Source: Pristiophorus japonicus
Lineage: Eukaryota
Direction of reading: 5' to 3'
Assembly (NCBI RefSeq): GCF_044704955.1
Contig: NC_091999.1
Span: 46,872,001-46,936,000, forward strand
DNA length: 64,000 nucleotides
Shown: positions 62,628-64,000 of the stretch, one piece after another
How the letters are laid out: each line of letters starts with the position of its first letter
Numbering within the stretch: position 1 is the stretch's first letter
Position numbers and translations under genes: made by a program
Notes under the pieces: model-generated
What the model was told of the DNA's origin: nothing
The model's input: only the letters and a program-made list of their open reading frames with translations
The model's database searches: none

Positions 62628-64000
62628 CCTGATCCTGTCAGAGGTTGGAATCTGCCTGTGAGAATCTGGGCTTCAGCTCCACACCCACAGCGACACACAG
62701 ACACATCGGATTTCAGGGAGCATTTACGAACATATTTCTTAATATTGACACGGGCGTAACTCTCCTATTCTTTTTAGACTAAGGCACTGGGAACTTTCAC
62801 ATCCACCCGAGTGTGCAAATGGAGCTTCAATGTAAAATTTCAGCCGATGGTCAACAGCGTCAACAATGCAACATTCCCCAAGTACTACATTTGAGTGTCA
62901 GGCAAGATGATGTGTTCTAGTCTCAGGAGTGGGACTTACACACACAACCTCCTGATTCAGTCGAGAAAGGAGCCACTGAACCAAAACCGATATCAAAGGT
63001 CACAACCGTATTATTTTCCCCAAGTTTGTTAAAAAGTTCCAGGACGTTTCAAACTCATGGTGATGATTTCCATAGAGAGTTGCACATACACAGAAATATA
63101 CATACATGTCGACAACACAGACACACGCACATACAATAACCAAAGATATACACGCATCAACATAGAAACATAGAAACATAGACATTTTGTGCAGGAATAT
63201 GCCATTCGGTCCTTCGAGCCTGCACCACCATTCAATAAGATCATGGCTCATCATTCAATCTCAGTACCCCTTTCCTGCTTTCTCTCCATATCCCTTGATC
63301 CCTTTAGCCGTAAGTGCCCCTTTGAATATATCTAACGAACTGGCCTCAACGACGTTCTGCGGTAGAAAATTTCACACGTTAACCACTCTCTGAGTGAAGA
63401 AGTTTCTCCTCATCTCGGTCCTAAATGGCTTACACCTTATTCTTAGACTATGATCCTTGGTCTCGAACACCAGAGCAACGGGAACATTCTTCCAGCCTCG
63501 AAGCTGTCCAATCTCGTCAGAATTTTATATGTTTCTATGAGATCCCCTCTCATTCTTCTAAACTCCAGTGGATACCAGCCCAGTTGATCCAGTCTCTCCT
63601 CGTATGTCAGTCCTGCCATTCCGGGAATCATGCTGGTGACCCTTCGCTGTGTTCCCTCAATAGCAAGGACGTCTTTCCTCAGATTTGGAGACCAAAACTG
63701 AACACAATATTTAAGATGTGGCCTCACCAAGGCCCTGTACAATTGCAGTAAGACCTCCCTGCTCCTATACTCAAATCCCCTCGCTATGAAGGCGAACATG
63801 CCATTTGCCTTCTTTACCGCCTTCTGCACCTGCATACCAACAATCAATGACTGATGTACCATGACACCCAGATCAAGATATACATAGGTTGCCTTAGACA
63901 AATAGATGGATAGACAGGCAGGGTCACTGTCGCTACTTTGGCTGGCTTTTGCGTTTTTCAGTCAAGGATGCTGCCACTGAACCAAAGCCGATACCAAAGT

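Larger units (their letters stand above)
54416..64000 (-). repeat. ~3.3-kb macrosatellite: [Leu tRNA - Deu-SINE fragment - CR1 3' fragment - Ser tRNA - Asp tRNA - GA-rich spacer], about 3 copies plus a partial copy
   Basis: Leu at 55907/59239/62545, Ser at 57745/61068, Asp at 58046/61367, and identically truncated CR1 fragments at ~56510-57230, ~59840-60585 and ~63160-63885. Period 3306-3332 bp. Confidence 0.92.

Overview
Vertebrate, repeat-rich genomic DNA, almost certainly from a cartilaginous fish (shark). The evidence is a cluster-type IgM heavy-chain miniloci architecture, shark-type CR1 LINEs, Deu-core SINEs and a shark-type GPR139-like gene. From 5' to 3': (1) 1-11 kb holds CR1 fragments, a Deu-SINE, a ~67-bp tandem repeat, two oppositely oriented arrays of a 27-bp minisatellite and an N gap. 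(2) 12.7-27 kb is a pseudogenised IgM heavy-chain cluster (L-V[D]-J-Cmu1-4-Sec). Its V is already fused in the germline to a D-like segment carrying a 22-bp-spacer RSS, which faces a J with a 12-bp-spacer RSS, so a single light-chain-like join would complete the heavy chain. A 5'-truncated CR1 splits the secretory tailpiece just before the penultimate Cys. (3) 28.6-38.7 kb holds nested LTR elements: an Arg-PBS LTR plus gag stub, and a degraded two-LTR provirus with a Ser-PBS and lokiretrovirus-like RT/env features. (4) A 2.1-kb polypyrimidine tract and minisatellites follow. (5) An intact two-exon GPR139-like GPCR lies at 41.8-44.5 kb. (6) A second, heavily deleted Ser-PBS ERV is cut by a CR1. 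(7) 54.6-64 kb is a ~3.3-kb macrosatellite of mostly decayed tRNA-Leu(TAA)/Ser(AGA)/Asp(GTC) genes that co-amplified with an embedded CR1 3' fragment and SINE fragment. All calls were made by eye without database searches; repeat boundaries are approximate.
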